Below, in pieces: positions 8,801 through 18,040 of a stretch of DNA of 64,000 bases. Made by a program: the position numbers and the translations under genes. Location of the stretch: NCBI RefSeq assembly GCF_039541115.1, contig NZ_BAABFP010000007.1:372001-436000 (forward strand). The letters run 5' to 3'. The notes beneath the pieces were generated by a model. The model was not told the DNA's origin and did no database searches. It saw only the letters and a list, made by a program, of their open reading frames with translations. Origin of the DNA: Angustibacter luteus (GTDB taxonomy: Bacteria > Actinomycetota > Actinomycetes > Actinomycetales > Angustibacteraceae). Numbering within the stretch: position 1 is the stretch's first letter; every line of letters begins with the position of its first letter.

Positions 8801-9715
8801 TCAGCTGATCAGCTCGGCGGGGACCCGCAGCATGCCCTCCTGCGCCACCGACGCGACCAGCCGTCCGTCCTGGCTGAAGATCCGTCCGATCCCCAACCCC
8901 CGCGCGCCGGACGCCGACGGGCTGGCCTGCACGTACAGCAGCCACTCGTCGACCCGCACCGGCCGGTGCCACCACATGGCGTGGTCCAGGCTGGCGGCCT
9001 TCAGGCCCGGCGTGGCCCAGGTGCCGCCGTGCCGGCGCAGTACCGACTCCAGCAGCGTGTAGTCGCTCGCGTAGCCGAGCACCGCCCGGTGCAGCAGCGG
9101 GTCGTCGGGCATCGCGGACGGCGTCCGCATCCAGACCGCGTTGCGGGCCACCCGCTCGGGGTCGGCCTCCCAGTACAGCGGCGACTGGACGTGCCGCAGG
9201 TCCATCGGGCGCTCGCGCGCCCAGTACTGGGCGACCGGGTGGTCGATGTGCCCGAGGAGCTCGACCGTGGTGGGCAGCTCGTCCGGGCCCGGGACGTCGG
9301 GCATCGGGTCCTGGTGGTCCAGCCCGGGCGCCTCGTCCTGGAACGAGGCGATCATCGACAGGATCGGCTTGCCGAACTGGATGGCGTGCACCCGCCGGGC
9401 GCTGAACGAGCGGCCGTCACGCAGCCGCTCCACGGCGAACGTGATGGGCTCGCTGGAGTCCCCGGGCCGCAGGAAGTAGCCGTGCATCGAGTGGACGTCG
9501 CGCCCGGGCTCGACCGTTCGACCGGCCGCCACCAGGGTCTGGCCGAGCACCTGGCCGCCGAAGACCCGCCCGTGCGGCTGGCGCTGGCTCTCGCCGACGA
9601 AGAGGTCCTGGCCGTGCTCGTCCTGACCGTGCGGGGCGAGGTCGAGCACCTGCAGCAGGCTGCCCAGCAGCTGGGCGCCGTCCCCGTCCGGCTCCGGCGT
9701 CGTCCGCTCGCTCAC
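8801..9715 (-). CDS. tesB: Acyl-CoA thioesterase II
   Basis: GRVFGGQVLGQ, HSMHGYFLRPG, RDGRSFSARRV, ASLDHAMWWHR, VAQEGMLR. Confidence 0.92.
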   Translation of the reverse strand: MSERTTPEPDGDGAQLLGSLLQVLDLAPHGQDEHGQDLFVGESQRQPHGRVFGGQVLGQTLVAAGRTVEPGRDVHSMHGYFLRPGDSSEPITFAVERLRDGRSFSARRVHAIQFGKPILSMIASFQDEAPGLDHQDPMPDVPGPDELPTTVELLGHIDHPVAQYWARERPMDLRHVQSPLYWEADPERVARNAVWMRTPSAMPDDPLLHRAVLGYASDYTLLESVLRRHGGTWATPGLKAASLDHAMWWHRPVRVDEWLLYVQASPSASGARGLGIGRIFSQDGRLVASVAQEGMLRVPAELIS

Positions 9716-10428
9716 GTGTCCTCCGTCGTCCTGGCCGTCGCGCTGGCTGCCGTGCTGGCCGTCGTGCTGGCCGTCGTGCTGCTGGCGCCCAGCATGCGCA
9801 GGGCCAGCCTGCCGTACAGGGCGGCGACGTCCTCCGGCGACTCCCGGCCGGCGGGGTCGAACCAGCGGGCCACGTCGATGCACAGCGACAGGACGGCGCG
9901 GGTCACCCCGTGCGGGTCGTCGACGGCGAGCTCGCCGGCCTCGACCCCGCGGCGCACCTCGCCCTCGACGAGGGACTCGATCGAGCGCCGCATCCGGGCC
10001 ACCTCGGCGCGGTCCTGCGCGCTCAGGGCACCGAGCTCGTACTGGACGACGCGGGCGACCTTGTGGTGCCGGGCGTGCCAGGCGGTGAAGGTCTGCACGA
10101 AGTGCTCCAGGCGCTCCGCGCTGCCGCCAGGCACCTCGGGTACGTCGGGTCGATCGGGCAGGTCGGGTGGGTCGGTGGCCAGCGAGGCCCGGACGAGCTG
10201 CAGAGCGCCCTCGTGGCCGAGCAGGCTGACCTGCGCCAGCACGGCCGCCTTGCTCGGGTAGTGCACGTACAGACCGGCGGGGGACAGGCCGGCCGCGACG
10301 GCGATGTCGCGCGTCGTGGTGGCGTGGAACCCGCGGTCGGCGAACGCCTCGACGGCGGCCTCGACGATGCGTCGGGAGGTCTCGTTCAGGCCGACGAACG
10401 CGCCGGACTCGAGTGCTCCGGTGGTCAC
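9712..10428 (-). CDS. TetR-family regulator (KstR2-like C-terminus)
   Basis: FADRGFHATTTRDIA...GLYVHYPSK HTH; DVARWF; low-complexity STTA tail. Confidence 0.9.
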   Translation of the reverse strand: MTTGALESGAFVGLNETSRRIVEAAVEAFADRGFHATTTRDIAVAAGLSPAGLYVHYPSKAAVLAQVSLLGHEGALQLVRASLATDPPDLPDRPDVPEVPGGSAERLEHFVQTFTAWHARHHKVARVVQYELGALSAQDRAEVARMRRSIESLVEGEVRRGVEAGELAVDDPHGVTRAVLSLCIDVARWFDPAGRESPEDVAALYGRLALRMLGASSTTASTTASTAASATARTTEDT

Positions 10429-10471
10429 GCGAACCCCCTCGCAGGTGTCGTCCGACCGCTTGGCAGACCGC

Positions 10472-10522
10472 TTGACAGGGTGCGGCTGGTTCGGGAGGCT
10501 AGCAGGTAAGCAAGCGCTTAGT
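10472..10522 (+). promoter_or_regulatory. Housekeeping-type promoter with adjacent TetR-type operator
   Basis: TTGACA (10472)-N17-GAGGCT (10495); imperfect palindrome AGCAAGCGCTTAGT at 10509-10522. Confidence 0.65.
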
Positions 10523-10543
10523 CACCACCTTCTGGAGGTCCCG

Positions 10544-11689
10544 GTGCGCCGCACCCTGTTCAGCGAAGAGCACGAGGCGCTGCGCGCCACGGCCAAGGAG
10601 TTCCTGGCCCGTCATGTGATCCCGCACCAGGACGAGTTCATCGAGAACCGCGGCCTGCCGCGCGAGTTCTGGCTCGAGGCCGGCAAGCAGGGACTGCTCG
10701 GCCTGCACATCCCCGACGAGTGGGGCGGCGGCGGCAGCGAGGACTACCTGTTCGGCGTCGCGGTGGCCGAGGAGTTCGCCAAGGTGTCGGCGTCCATCTC
10801 GTCGTGTTTCGGCATCCACGGCAGCGTGTGCGCGCCGTACCTGACCGAGCTGACGACCGACGAGCAGAAGGCGCGGTGGCTGCCCCGGTTCTGCACGGGC
10901 GAGCTGGTCTGCGCGATCGCGATGACCGAGCCCAGCGGCGGCTCCGACCTCGCGGCGCTCAAGACCAACGCCGTGCGCGACGGTGACGACTGGATCCTCA
11001 ACGGCTCCAAGACGTTCATCACCAACGGCTACAGCGCCGACCTGGTGATCGTCGCCGCCCGCACCGACCCGTCGAAGGGCGCCCGCGGCATCACGTTGTT
11101 CGGCGTCGAGACCGGCATGGAGGGCTTCACCCGCGGCCGCAAGCTCGACAAGGTCGGCCAGACCGAGTCCGACACCGCCGAGCTGTTCTTCCAGGACGTG
11201 CGGGTGCCGGACGCGCTGCGCATCGGCGAGGAGGGTCAGGGCTTCATCTCGATGATGGAGCGGCTGGTGCAGGAGCGCGTCGGCGCGGCCCTGGCGAACA
11301 TCGCGCACGCCTCGCAGATCCTGGACGAGACGATCGAGTACGTGAAGCAGCGCAAGGCCTTCGGCCAGTCCGTGGGATCGTTCCAGCACAACAAGTTCAA
11401 GGTGGCCGAGCTGAAGACGAAGGTCGACGTCACCCAGGCGTTCGTCGACAAGTGCATCGTGCTGTTCGCCCAGGGCGACCTGTCGTCGGCCGAGGCGGCC
11501 GAGGCCAAGTGGTGGAGCGCCCAGGTGCAGAACGACGTGCTCGACGAGTGCGTGCAGCTCTACGGCGGCTACGGCTACATGAACGAGTACCGCGTGGCAC
11601 GCGCCTGGCGGGACGCCCGGGTCACCAAGATCTGGGCCGGCTCGAACGAGATCATGAAGGAGCTCATCGGCCGGGACCTGGGCCTGTGA
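10544..11689 (+). CDS. Acyl-CoA dehydrogenase (long-chain type)
   Basis: AIAMTEPSGGSDL, LNGSKTFITNG, QLYGGYGY, IWAGSNEIMKELI; GGAGG RBS. Confidence 0.92.
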   Translation: MRRTLFSEEHEALRATAKEFLARHVIPHQDEFIENRGLPREFWLEAGKQGLLGLHIPDEWGGGGSEDYLFGVAVAEEFAKVSASISSCFGIHGSVCAPYLTELTTDEQKARWLPRFCTGELVCAIAMTEPSGGSDLAALKTNAVRDGDDWILNGSKTFITNGYSADLVIVAARTDPSKGARGITLFGVETGMEGFTRGRKLDKVGQTESDTAELFFQDVRVPDALRIGEEGQGFISMMERLVQERVGAALANIAHASQILDETIEYVKQRKAFGQSVGSFQHNKFKVAELKTKVDVTQAFVDKCIVLFAQGDLSSAEAAEAKWWSAQVQNDVLDECVQLYGGYGYMNEYRVARAWRDARVTKIWAGSNEIMKELIGRDLGL

Positions 11690-11735
11690 CCGGGGCTGTG
11701 ACCGGGCCTGTGACCGGGCCTGTGACCGGGCCGGT
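11680..11735 (+). repeat. About 4 copies of a 12-nt tandem repeat (GTGACCGGGCCT) at the stop/start junction
   Basis: Read directly; encodes VTGA-VTGP-VTGP-VTGP. Confidence 0.9.
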
Positions 11736-12489
11736 GCGCCGCTTCGAGGGCAAGACCGCGATCGTCACCGGAGCCTCCCGCGGCATCGGCCTCGGCATCG
11801 CCGAGCGCCTGGTGGCCGAGGGTGCCACGGTGGTGATCACCGCTCGCAACCCCGACGCGCTGGACGAGGCGGTGGCGGCGCTCGGTGGCCCGGCCGTCGC
11901 GCTGGCCGTGGCCGGCCGCTCGGACGACGCCGACCACCGGGCCGAGACGGTCGAGCGGGCGGTCGCCACCTTCGGCGGTCTGGACTTCCTGGTGAACAAC
12001 ACCGGCATCAACCCGGTCGCCGGCCCGTTGCTGGACCTCGACCTCGACGCCGGCCGCAAGATCGCCGAGACCAACATCGTCTCGACCCTGGCCTGGACCC
12101 AGCTCGCCGTAAAGGCGGGCATCGGCGAGCGGCGCGGGGCCGTGGTCAACATCTCGTCGATCGCCGGCGTGCAGCCCGCCCCCGGGATCGCGTTCTACGG
12201 CGCCAGCAAGGCCGCCGTCATCTCGCTGACCGAGTCGCTGTCGATCGAGCTCGCGCCGAACGTGCGGGTGAACGCGGTCGCGCCGGCCATCGTCAAGACC
12301 AAGTTCGCCGAGATGCTCTACGCGCACGACGAGGAGCGTGTGGCCCGGCACTACCCGCTGAAGCGGCTGGGACTGCCCGCCGACATTGCCGGGCCCGTCG
12401 CGTTCCTGCTCTCGGACGACGCGGGCTGGGTCACCGGCCAGACCATCGTGGTCGACGGCGGCATCAGCAAGTCGGGTGGCCTCGGATGA
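11686..12489 (+). CDS. Short-chain dehydrogenase/reductase (DHRS4/FabG-like)
   Basis: TGASRGIG, NNTGIN, YGASK. Confidence 0.9.
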   Translation: MTGAVTGPVTGPVTGPVRRFEGKTAIVTGASRGIGLGIAERLVAEGATVVITARNPDALDEAVAALGGPAVALAVAGRSDDADHRAETVERAVATFGGLDFLVNNTGINPVAGPLLDLDLDAGRKIAETNIVSTLAWTQLAVKAGIGERRGAVVNISSIAGVQPAPGIAFYGASKAAVISLTESLSIELAPNVRVNAVAPAIVKTKFAEMLYAHDEERVARHYPLKRLGLPADIAGPVAFLLSDDAGWVTGQTIVVDGGISKSGGLG

Positions 12490-13514
12490 GTGACGGACCC
12501 GCTGTGCCGCACACGATGCAGGCCTGGCAGGTCGTCCAGCACGGTGCCCCCGCGGACGCCCTGGAGCGGCGCGAGGTACCGGTGCCGGCGATCGGACCGG
12601 GGGAGGTGCTCGTCGAGGTCGCGGCCTGCGCGCTGAACTACCCCGACACCATGCTGGCCGCGGGGACGTACCAGCTGCGGCCGGAGCTGCCGTTCACCCC
12701 CGGCATCGAGCTCTGCGGAACCGTTGCGGCCGTGGGCGAGGGCGTCGAGACGCTCGCCGTGGGCGACCGCGTGCTCGGCACGCCGAACCTGCCGCACGGC
12801 GCGCTCGCGGACTACGCGGTGATGTCGGCCGTGACCGCCTTCCCGGCGCCGGAGGCGCTCGACGACGCCCAGGCCGCCGCCCTGTACGTCGGCTACCAGA
12901 CGGGCTGGTTCGGGCTGCACCGGCGAGCCGGTCTGCTGGCCGGTGAGACGCTGCTCGTGCACGCCGCGGCCGGGGGGGTCGGCAGCGCCGCCGTCCAGCT
13001 CGGCAAGGCCGCCGGCGCCCGCGTGGTCGCGGTCGTCGGGGGAGCGGAGAAGGCCGAGGTCGCCTGGGAGCTGGGCGCCGACGAGGTCGTGGACCGGCAC
13101 GCCGCAGGCGATCTCGCGGGGCTGGTCGGCGCCCTCAAGGCGGCCTGCGGCCCGGGCGGCGCGGACGTCGTCTACGACCCCGTCGGCGGGGACGCGTTCG
13201 CCGCCTCCACCAAGGTGGTTGCGTTCGAGGGGCGGATCGTCGTCGTCGGCTTCACCAGCGGCACGGTGCCGCAGGCCGCCCTGAACCACGCCCTGGTGAA
13301 GAACTACGGCGTCCTGGGCCTGCACTGGGGCCTGTACGTGCAGCACGACCCGGGTGCCGTGCGGCACGCCCAGCAACAGGTCAACGACCTCGTGGCCGCC
13401 GGGCTCGTCCAGCCTCTCGTGTCCGAGCGGATCGCTGCGGCGGCCGTGCCCGACGCGTTGGCCCGGCTCGCGGCCGGCCGCACGACCGGCCGGGTGGTGG
13501 TCGTCCGTGACTGA
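12486..13514 (+). CDS. NADPH:quinone oxidoreductase (MDR family)
   Basis: ALNYPD, PFTPGIE, HAAAGGVG, VYDPVGG. Confidence 0.88.
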   Translation: MSDGPAVPHTMQAWQVVQHGAPADALERREVPVPAIGPGEVLVEVAACALNYPDTMLAAGTYQLRPELPFTPGIELCGTVAAVGEGVETLAVGDRVLGTPNLPHGALADYAVMSAVTAFPAPEALDDAQAAALYVGYQTGWFGLHRRAGLLAGETLLVHAAAGGVGSAAVQLGKAAGARVVAVVGGAEKAEVAWELGADEVVDRHAAGDLAGLVGALKAACGPGGADVVYDPVGGDAFAASTKVVAFEGRIVVVGFTSGTVPQAALNHALVKNYGVLGLHWGLYVQHDPGAVRHAQQQVNDLVAAGLVQPLVSERIAAAAVPDALARLAAGRTTGRVVVVRD

Positions 13515-14307
13515 GCCCGTCTTCGACCTGCAGGACGCGGGGGTCGTCGTCACCGGGGGCGGGTCGGGCATCGGCGCCGAGCTGTGCCGCCGCTTTGCCA
13601 CGCGCGGCGCGCGGGTGGTCGTCAACGACCTGAATCCTGATGCGGCGCAGGCCGTGGCGAGCGAGATCGGTGCGCTGGCCGCGCCGGGGGATGCAGCCAC
13701 CGCCGAAGGGGTGGCCGCACTCGTCGCGCTGGCCCGCGAGCACCTCGGCGAGGTGGACCTGTTCTGCGCCAACGCCGGCGTCGCCCCGCGGGGTGGTCCG
13801 GTCGGCCCGGGCGCCACCACCCCGCAGGCCTGGTCCCAGGCCCTCGAGGTCAACGTGCTCGCCCACGTGCGGGCCGCCGAGGAGCTCCTGCCGGCCTGGC
13901 TCGAGCGGGGCCGCGGGCACCTGCTCGTCACCGCCTCCGCCGCCGGGCTGCTCACGATGCTCGGCAGTGCGCCGTACGCGGTGACCAAGCACGCCGCGGT
14001 CGCGTTCGCCGAGTGGATGCGACTCACCTACTCCCACCGCGGGATCGTCGTCCAGGCGCTGTGTCCGCAGGGCGTCCGGACGCCGATGCTCGAGGGGTCT
14101 GGTCGACTCGGCCGCGCACTCCTGGAGCCCGATGCGGTGGACGTCTCCGTCGTCGGCGACGCCGTGCTGGCCGCGTTGCGGACCGGCGAGTTCCTCGTCC
14201 TGCCGCACCCCGAGGTGGCCGGCTACCTCGCCGCCAAGGCGGCCGACCCCGACGGCTGGGTGGACTCGATGAACCGGCTCCAGCAGCGGCTGGAGTCCGG
14301 TCGCTGA
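13507..14307 (+). CDS. Short-chain dehydrogenase/reductase
   Basis: TGGGSGIG, CANAG, TASAAGLL, YAVTK. Confidence 0.88.
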   Translation: MTEPVFDLQDAGVVVTGGGSGIGAELCRRFATRGARVVVNDLNPDAAQAVASEIGALAAPGDAATAEGVAALVALAREHLGEVDLFCANAGVAPRGGPVGPGATTPQAWSQALEVNVLAHVRAAEELLPAWLERGRGHLLVTASAAGLLTMLGSAPYAVTKHAAVAFAEWMRLTYSHRGIVVQALCPQGVRTPMLEGSGRLGRALLEPDAVDVSVVGDAVLAALRTGEFLVLPHPEVAGYLAAKAADPDGWVDSMNRLQQRLESGR

Positions 14308-14349
14308 GCTCGGTCGCTGAGCCCGGCCACTGAACCGCCAGGCTCGGCG

Positions 14350-15954
14350 CTAGCGGTCCACGCCGGCTGAGAAGACCTCGCGGGCCAGCAGCGGGCGCAG
14401 CCGTCGCTCGACGTCCGGGGTGACGAACGCCTGGTGCAGGCTGCCCTCGAGCACGTTGCCGATCGCGCCCATCACCATCGCCTGGTCCAGCGACAGGTAC
14501 GTCCTGGCCACCGTGCCCGACCGCACCGCGACGGCGTCGTAGAAGCCGCCGTCGCCGTAGGCGCCGAGGTTCTGCTTGAGCCTGGCCAGGTTGTCCATCG
14601 CGGCCCGCGGGGCGTAGGGCAGCGCCAGGAACGACGCGTGCGGGGTGACGACCCCGTCGCCGAACGTCGGTGCGGGCGCCGTCGCAGGGCGGCAGTCGCC
14701 GAACCCGCCGTCCACGGCCGTCTTCTCGGCGTCCGAGTAGTAGCCGTCCGAGTTCATTCCGATCGCGTCGACGCCGTACTCGCGGTACCCGCCACCGGGC
14801 GTGCTGGACGGCGAGAAGCCCCAGTAGCCGTACTTCGCGTCGTCCAGACCGTGCTCGATCTGGGCGCGCACGGTCAGCGGGTGGTTGACCGCCCAGCTGC
14901 GCTTGCCCCAGGCCGACTCCGGCACGAAGAGGTCCGGCATCAGGGACTCGAACATGTCGCCGCCCCAGCTCGGCACCAGCCGCATACCGCGGTACCGGTA
15001 GGCGCCCTCGTAGACCGGGACGCCGAGGTAGGTCCTGGTGGTGCCGACCGGCTGCTGCTCCTGCCAGGACCAGTCGCAGGTGCTCGGGAAGGTGCGCCAC
15101 GTCGCGTAGTAGGCCTGCGGCGGGATCTCGCCCCGCGCGATGCCCAGGTAGAGCGCGATGCGTGCTTCCGTCACCGTCGTGTCGTAGCTGTTGCAGGTGT
15201 ACCAGACGTCCGGGCCGCGGTCGCGGTAGTTGTCCACGACCGCGCAGCCGGTGGGGGCGGTGTCCCAGAAGCCGCCGCGGATGAAGCCGGCGCTCACCCC
15301 GTCGCGCGCCGGCGCGGGGTTGTAGAAGAAGCCGAAGTCCATGGGGCGCAACAGGTCCTGGGCCTGCCGGCGCAGCTGCGGCTCGGCGCCGGAGACCACC
15401 ATGAGCGCCGCCGCCAGCCAGCCGTTGTCGACGCTGGACAGGAACGGGGTGATCGGGTCCCCGGACGTCGGCCACACCGTGAGCTTGGCCGCGGTGTGCT
15501 CGTCGTACCAGTTGTAGAACATGCCGCTGGCCGGGTGACGGTCCATGTGCTGCAACGTCCGCAGCGTCGTGGACAGCCGCCGCAAGGCCTCGCGGTGGGA
15601 GATCACCCCGGTGTCCCGCGCCACCACGGTGCTCCACAGGTAGCCGCCGATGTTGGTCGGCGAGGTGTAGCCGGACCGGACCGGCGCTGTGACCGGGCCG
15701 GTCATGTTGTCCGCCGGCAGCCCGGTGGCGTCGTCCGTCATGGCGACGAACGAGCGCCAGGTGTCGGCGGCGTAGCGGCGCAGCGTGGCCTGGTCAGCCC
15801 GGGTGAGCCGGTCCGACGTCGGCCTCGCGCCGGACGTCGCGCTGGCGGTGGACGTCGCGCTAGCGGTGGACGTCGCGCTGGCGGTGCTCACCCCCGCGGC
15901 CAGGGTGAGCGGGATCAGGCTCGCGACGGTCAGCAGAACGGTGCGACGGTGCAC
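14350..15954 (-). CDS. Secreted DUF3131/glycoamylase-domain glycoside hydrolase (GH144/GH189-related)
   Basis: RR-containing signal peptide; TSPTNIG, FYNWYD, SSVDNG, SWGGDMFESLMP, WGFSPS, VVTPHASFL, LDQAM; 18-nt repeat x3 at 15832-15885. Confidence 0.75.
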   Translation of the reverse strand: MHRRTVLLTVASLIPLTLAAGVSTASATSTASATSTASATSGARPTSDRLTRADQATLRRYAADTWRSFVAMTDDATGLPADNMTGPVTAPVRSGYTSPTNIGGYLWSTVVARDTGVISHREALRRLSTTLRTLQHMDRHPASGMFYNWYDEHTAAKLTVWPTSGDPITPFLSSVDNGWLAAALMVVSGAEPQLRRQAQDLLRPMDFGFFYNPAPARDGVSAGFIRGGFWDTAPTGCAVVDNYRDRGPDVWYTCNSYDTTVTEARIALYLGIARGEIPPQAYYATWRTFPSTCDWSWQEQQPVGTTRTYLGVPVYEGAYRYRGMRLVPSWGGDMFESLMPDLFVPESAWGKRSWAVNHPLTVRAQIEHGLDDAKYGYWGFSPSSTPGGGYREYGVDAIGMNSDGYYSDAEKTAVDGGFGDCRPATAPAPTFGDGVVTPHASFLALPYAPRAAMDNLARLKQNLGAYGDGGFYDAVAVRSGTVARTYLSLDQAMVMGAIGNVLEGSLHQAFVTPDVERRLRPLLAREVFSAGVDR

Positions 15955-16026
15955 GGTGTGGGACCTCCCATGGGATCTTCCCCACCCGGCACCCTGTCCG
16001 AGGTGTCCGAATCGCGCAACTTCAGA

Positions 16027-17256
16027 TCAGGAGTAGCGGGCCAGCTCGCGGCGCGCCAGCGACATGCGGTGCACCTCGTCCGGACCGTCGGCGAGCCGCA
16101 GGGTGCGCGCCGCGACCCACAGCTCGGCGAGCGGGGTGTCCTGCGAGACGCCGGCTCCGCCGTGCACCTGGATCGCGTCGTCGATGACCCGCTGGGCCAT
16201 CAGCGGCACCGCGATCTTGATGGCCTGGATCTCGGCGTGCGCCCCCTTGTTGCCGACCGTGTCCATCAGCCAGGCGGTCTTGAGCACCAGCAGCCGGGCC
16301 TGCTCGATGGCGACCCGCGCGTTCGCGACCTGCTCGCGCACCACACCCTGCTGGGCCAGCGGCCGGCCGAACGCCTCCCGCTCGTTGGCCCGCCGGCACA
16401 TGAGCTCGAGCGCTCGCTCCGCCATGCCGATCAGCCGCATGCAGTGGTGGATCCGGCCTGGCCCCAACCGGGCCTGGGCGATCGCGAACCCCTCGCCCTC
16501 GCCCTTGAGGATGTTGGCCGCCGGGACCCGCACGTCGTCGAACGCGACCTCGGCGTGCCCGCCGTGCGGGGCGTCGTCGTACCCGAACGTGTGCAGGGCA
16601 CGGACGACGCGCACCCCCTCGGCGTCCCGCGGGACCAGGATCATGGACTGCCGGCGGTGCCGGTGCACGCTGTCGTCGGCCGGGTCCGCCGACTGGCCCA
16701 TGACGACGAAGATCTCCGCCGCCGGGTCCATCGCACCGGTCGACCACCACTTGCGCCCGCTGACGACGTACTCGTCACCGTCGCGCCGGATCCTGGTCTC
16801 GATGTTCGTCGCATCGGACGAGGCGACGTCGGGCTCCGTCATGCAGAAGGCCGAACGGATCCGCCCGTCCAGCAACGGTTCCAGCCACTGCGACTGCTGC
16901 TCGGGAGTGCCGAACTCCGCCAGCACCTCCATGTTCCCGGTGTCCGGTGCCGCGCAGTTCAGCGCCTCCGGCGCGAGCCACGGGGAGCGCCCGGTCAGCT
17001 CCGCCAGCGGCGCGTACTGGGCGTTCGTCAGGCCCGCGCCGTGCTCGCCCGGGATGAACAGGTTCCACAGGCCCTGCGCCCTGGCCGCAGCCTTGAGCTC
17101 GGTGACGACGGCCGGTCGCGACCACTCGCGGTCGGTGCCGCGGGCCCGCTGGACCTGCTCGTGCAGCACCGCCTCCGCGGGGTACACGTGCTCAACCAGG
17201 AAGGTCTGCAGCCGCTCCGCGAGCGCGCGGGTGCGGTCGTCGTAGGCGAAGTCCAC
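16027..17256 (-). CDS. Acyl-CoA dehydrogenase, ACAD10/11 type
   Basis: [50 protein letters not shown]. Confidence 0.92.
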   Translation of the reverse strand: MDFAYDDRTRALAERLQTFLVEHVYPAEAVLHEQVQRARGTDREWSRPAVVTELKAAARAQGLWNLFIPGEHGAGLTNAQYAPLAELTGRSPWLAPEALNCAAPDTGNMEVLAEFGTPEQQSQWLEPLLDGRIRSAFCMTEPDVASSDATNIETRIRRDGDEYVVSGRKWWSTGAMDPAAEIFVVMGQSADPADDSVHRHRRQSMILVPRDAEGVRVVRALHTFGYDDAPHGGHAEVAFDDVRVPAANILKGEGEGFAIAQARLGPGRIHHCMRLIGMAERALELMCRRANEREAFGRPLAQQGVVREQVANARVAIEQARLLVLKTAWLMDTVGNKGAHAEIQAIKIAVPLMAQRVIDDAIQVHGGAGVSQDTPLAELWVAARTLRLADGPDEVHRMSLARRELARYS

Positions 17257-17257
17257 G

Positions 17258-18040
17258 TCAGGCCTTTCCGTCGGCGGGCTCGGCGGGTGCGGCGAGCTCG
17301 GCGAGCAACAGGTAGCCGGTCTGCTCGGGCCGCTCCAGCCCGGGCAGGTGCCCGGCCCACGCCAGCTCCACCAGCCGAGCGTGCGGCATCACGTCGGCCA
17401 GGTGCCGGGCGACGTCTTGGAAGAGGTCGAGGTCCTGGCCGCCGCTGAAGGCCACCGTGGGGACCTCGATCGTCGCGGCGTCCACGTCCGGCCGGACCGG
17501 GTCGAGGTCGTCGTCGGCAACCAGCTGGATCTCGAAGGTACGGCGCTGCATCTCGCCCAGGGCATCCCGAGCAGCCGGAGTCGCGTCCGGGCCCAGCCAG
17601 GTCTGCACGTTCAGCGCGACCGCGGCCTCGACGTCCCCGGCCTCGAGGAGGGCGTCCTCGGCCTCGCCGAACGCCTCGACGGCCGGGGTGCGCTGAACCC
17701 CCGGGTAGGCCGCACAGAGCAGCAGCAGCTGCGAGACCCGTTGCGGCGCAACGGTGGCCAGCTCCAGCGCGATCCGGCCGCCGTACGAGGAGCCGACCAC
17801 GGCGACCCGCTCGATCCCGAGCGCGTCCAACAGGGCCAGCAGGTCGGCACTGTCGCTCCAGCCCGGCTCGGGAGGTGGTGGGGTTTCACCGAAGCCGCGC
17901 AGGTCCGGCCGCACGACCCGGTGCCTGGCCGTCAGCGCGGCCCACTGGCCGTCCCACTGCCGGCGGTCCGCCGCGCCGGAGTGCAGCAGCAGCACCGCCT
18001 CGCCGTCGCCGGCCACGTCGTGCGCGAGCAGGTCACTCAT
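17258..18040 (-). CDS. Alpha/beta hydrolase
   Basis: DLRGFG, GSSYGG nucleophile elbow, GGQD, AGH; ATGA overlap with the kinase stop. Confidence 0.88.
   Translation of the reverse strand: MSDLLAHDVAGDGEAVLLLHSGAADRRQWDGQWAALTARHRVVRPDLRGFGETPPPPEPGWSDSADLLALLDALGIERVAVVGSSYGGRIALELATVAPQRVSQLLLLCAAYPGVQRTPAVEAFGEAEDALLEAGDVEAAVALNVQTWLGPDATPAARDALGEMQRRTFEIQLVADDDLDPVRPDVDAATIEVPTVAFSGGQDLDLFQDVARHLADVMPHARLVELAWAGHLPGLERPEQTGYLLLAELAAPAEPADGKA

Noticed and set aside
14434..17448. Long antisense or alternate-frame ORFs (e.g. 14434-17448, 30099-32282, 43175-45904, 57844-60087)
   Set aside because: Shadow ORFs typical of high-GC DNA. They overlap genes with clear motifs and have no motifs of their own.
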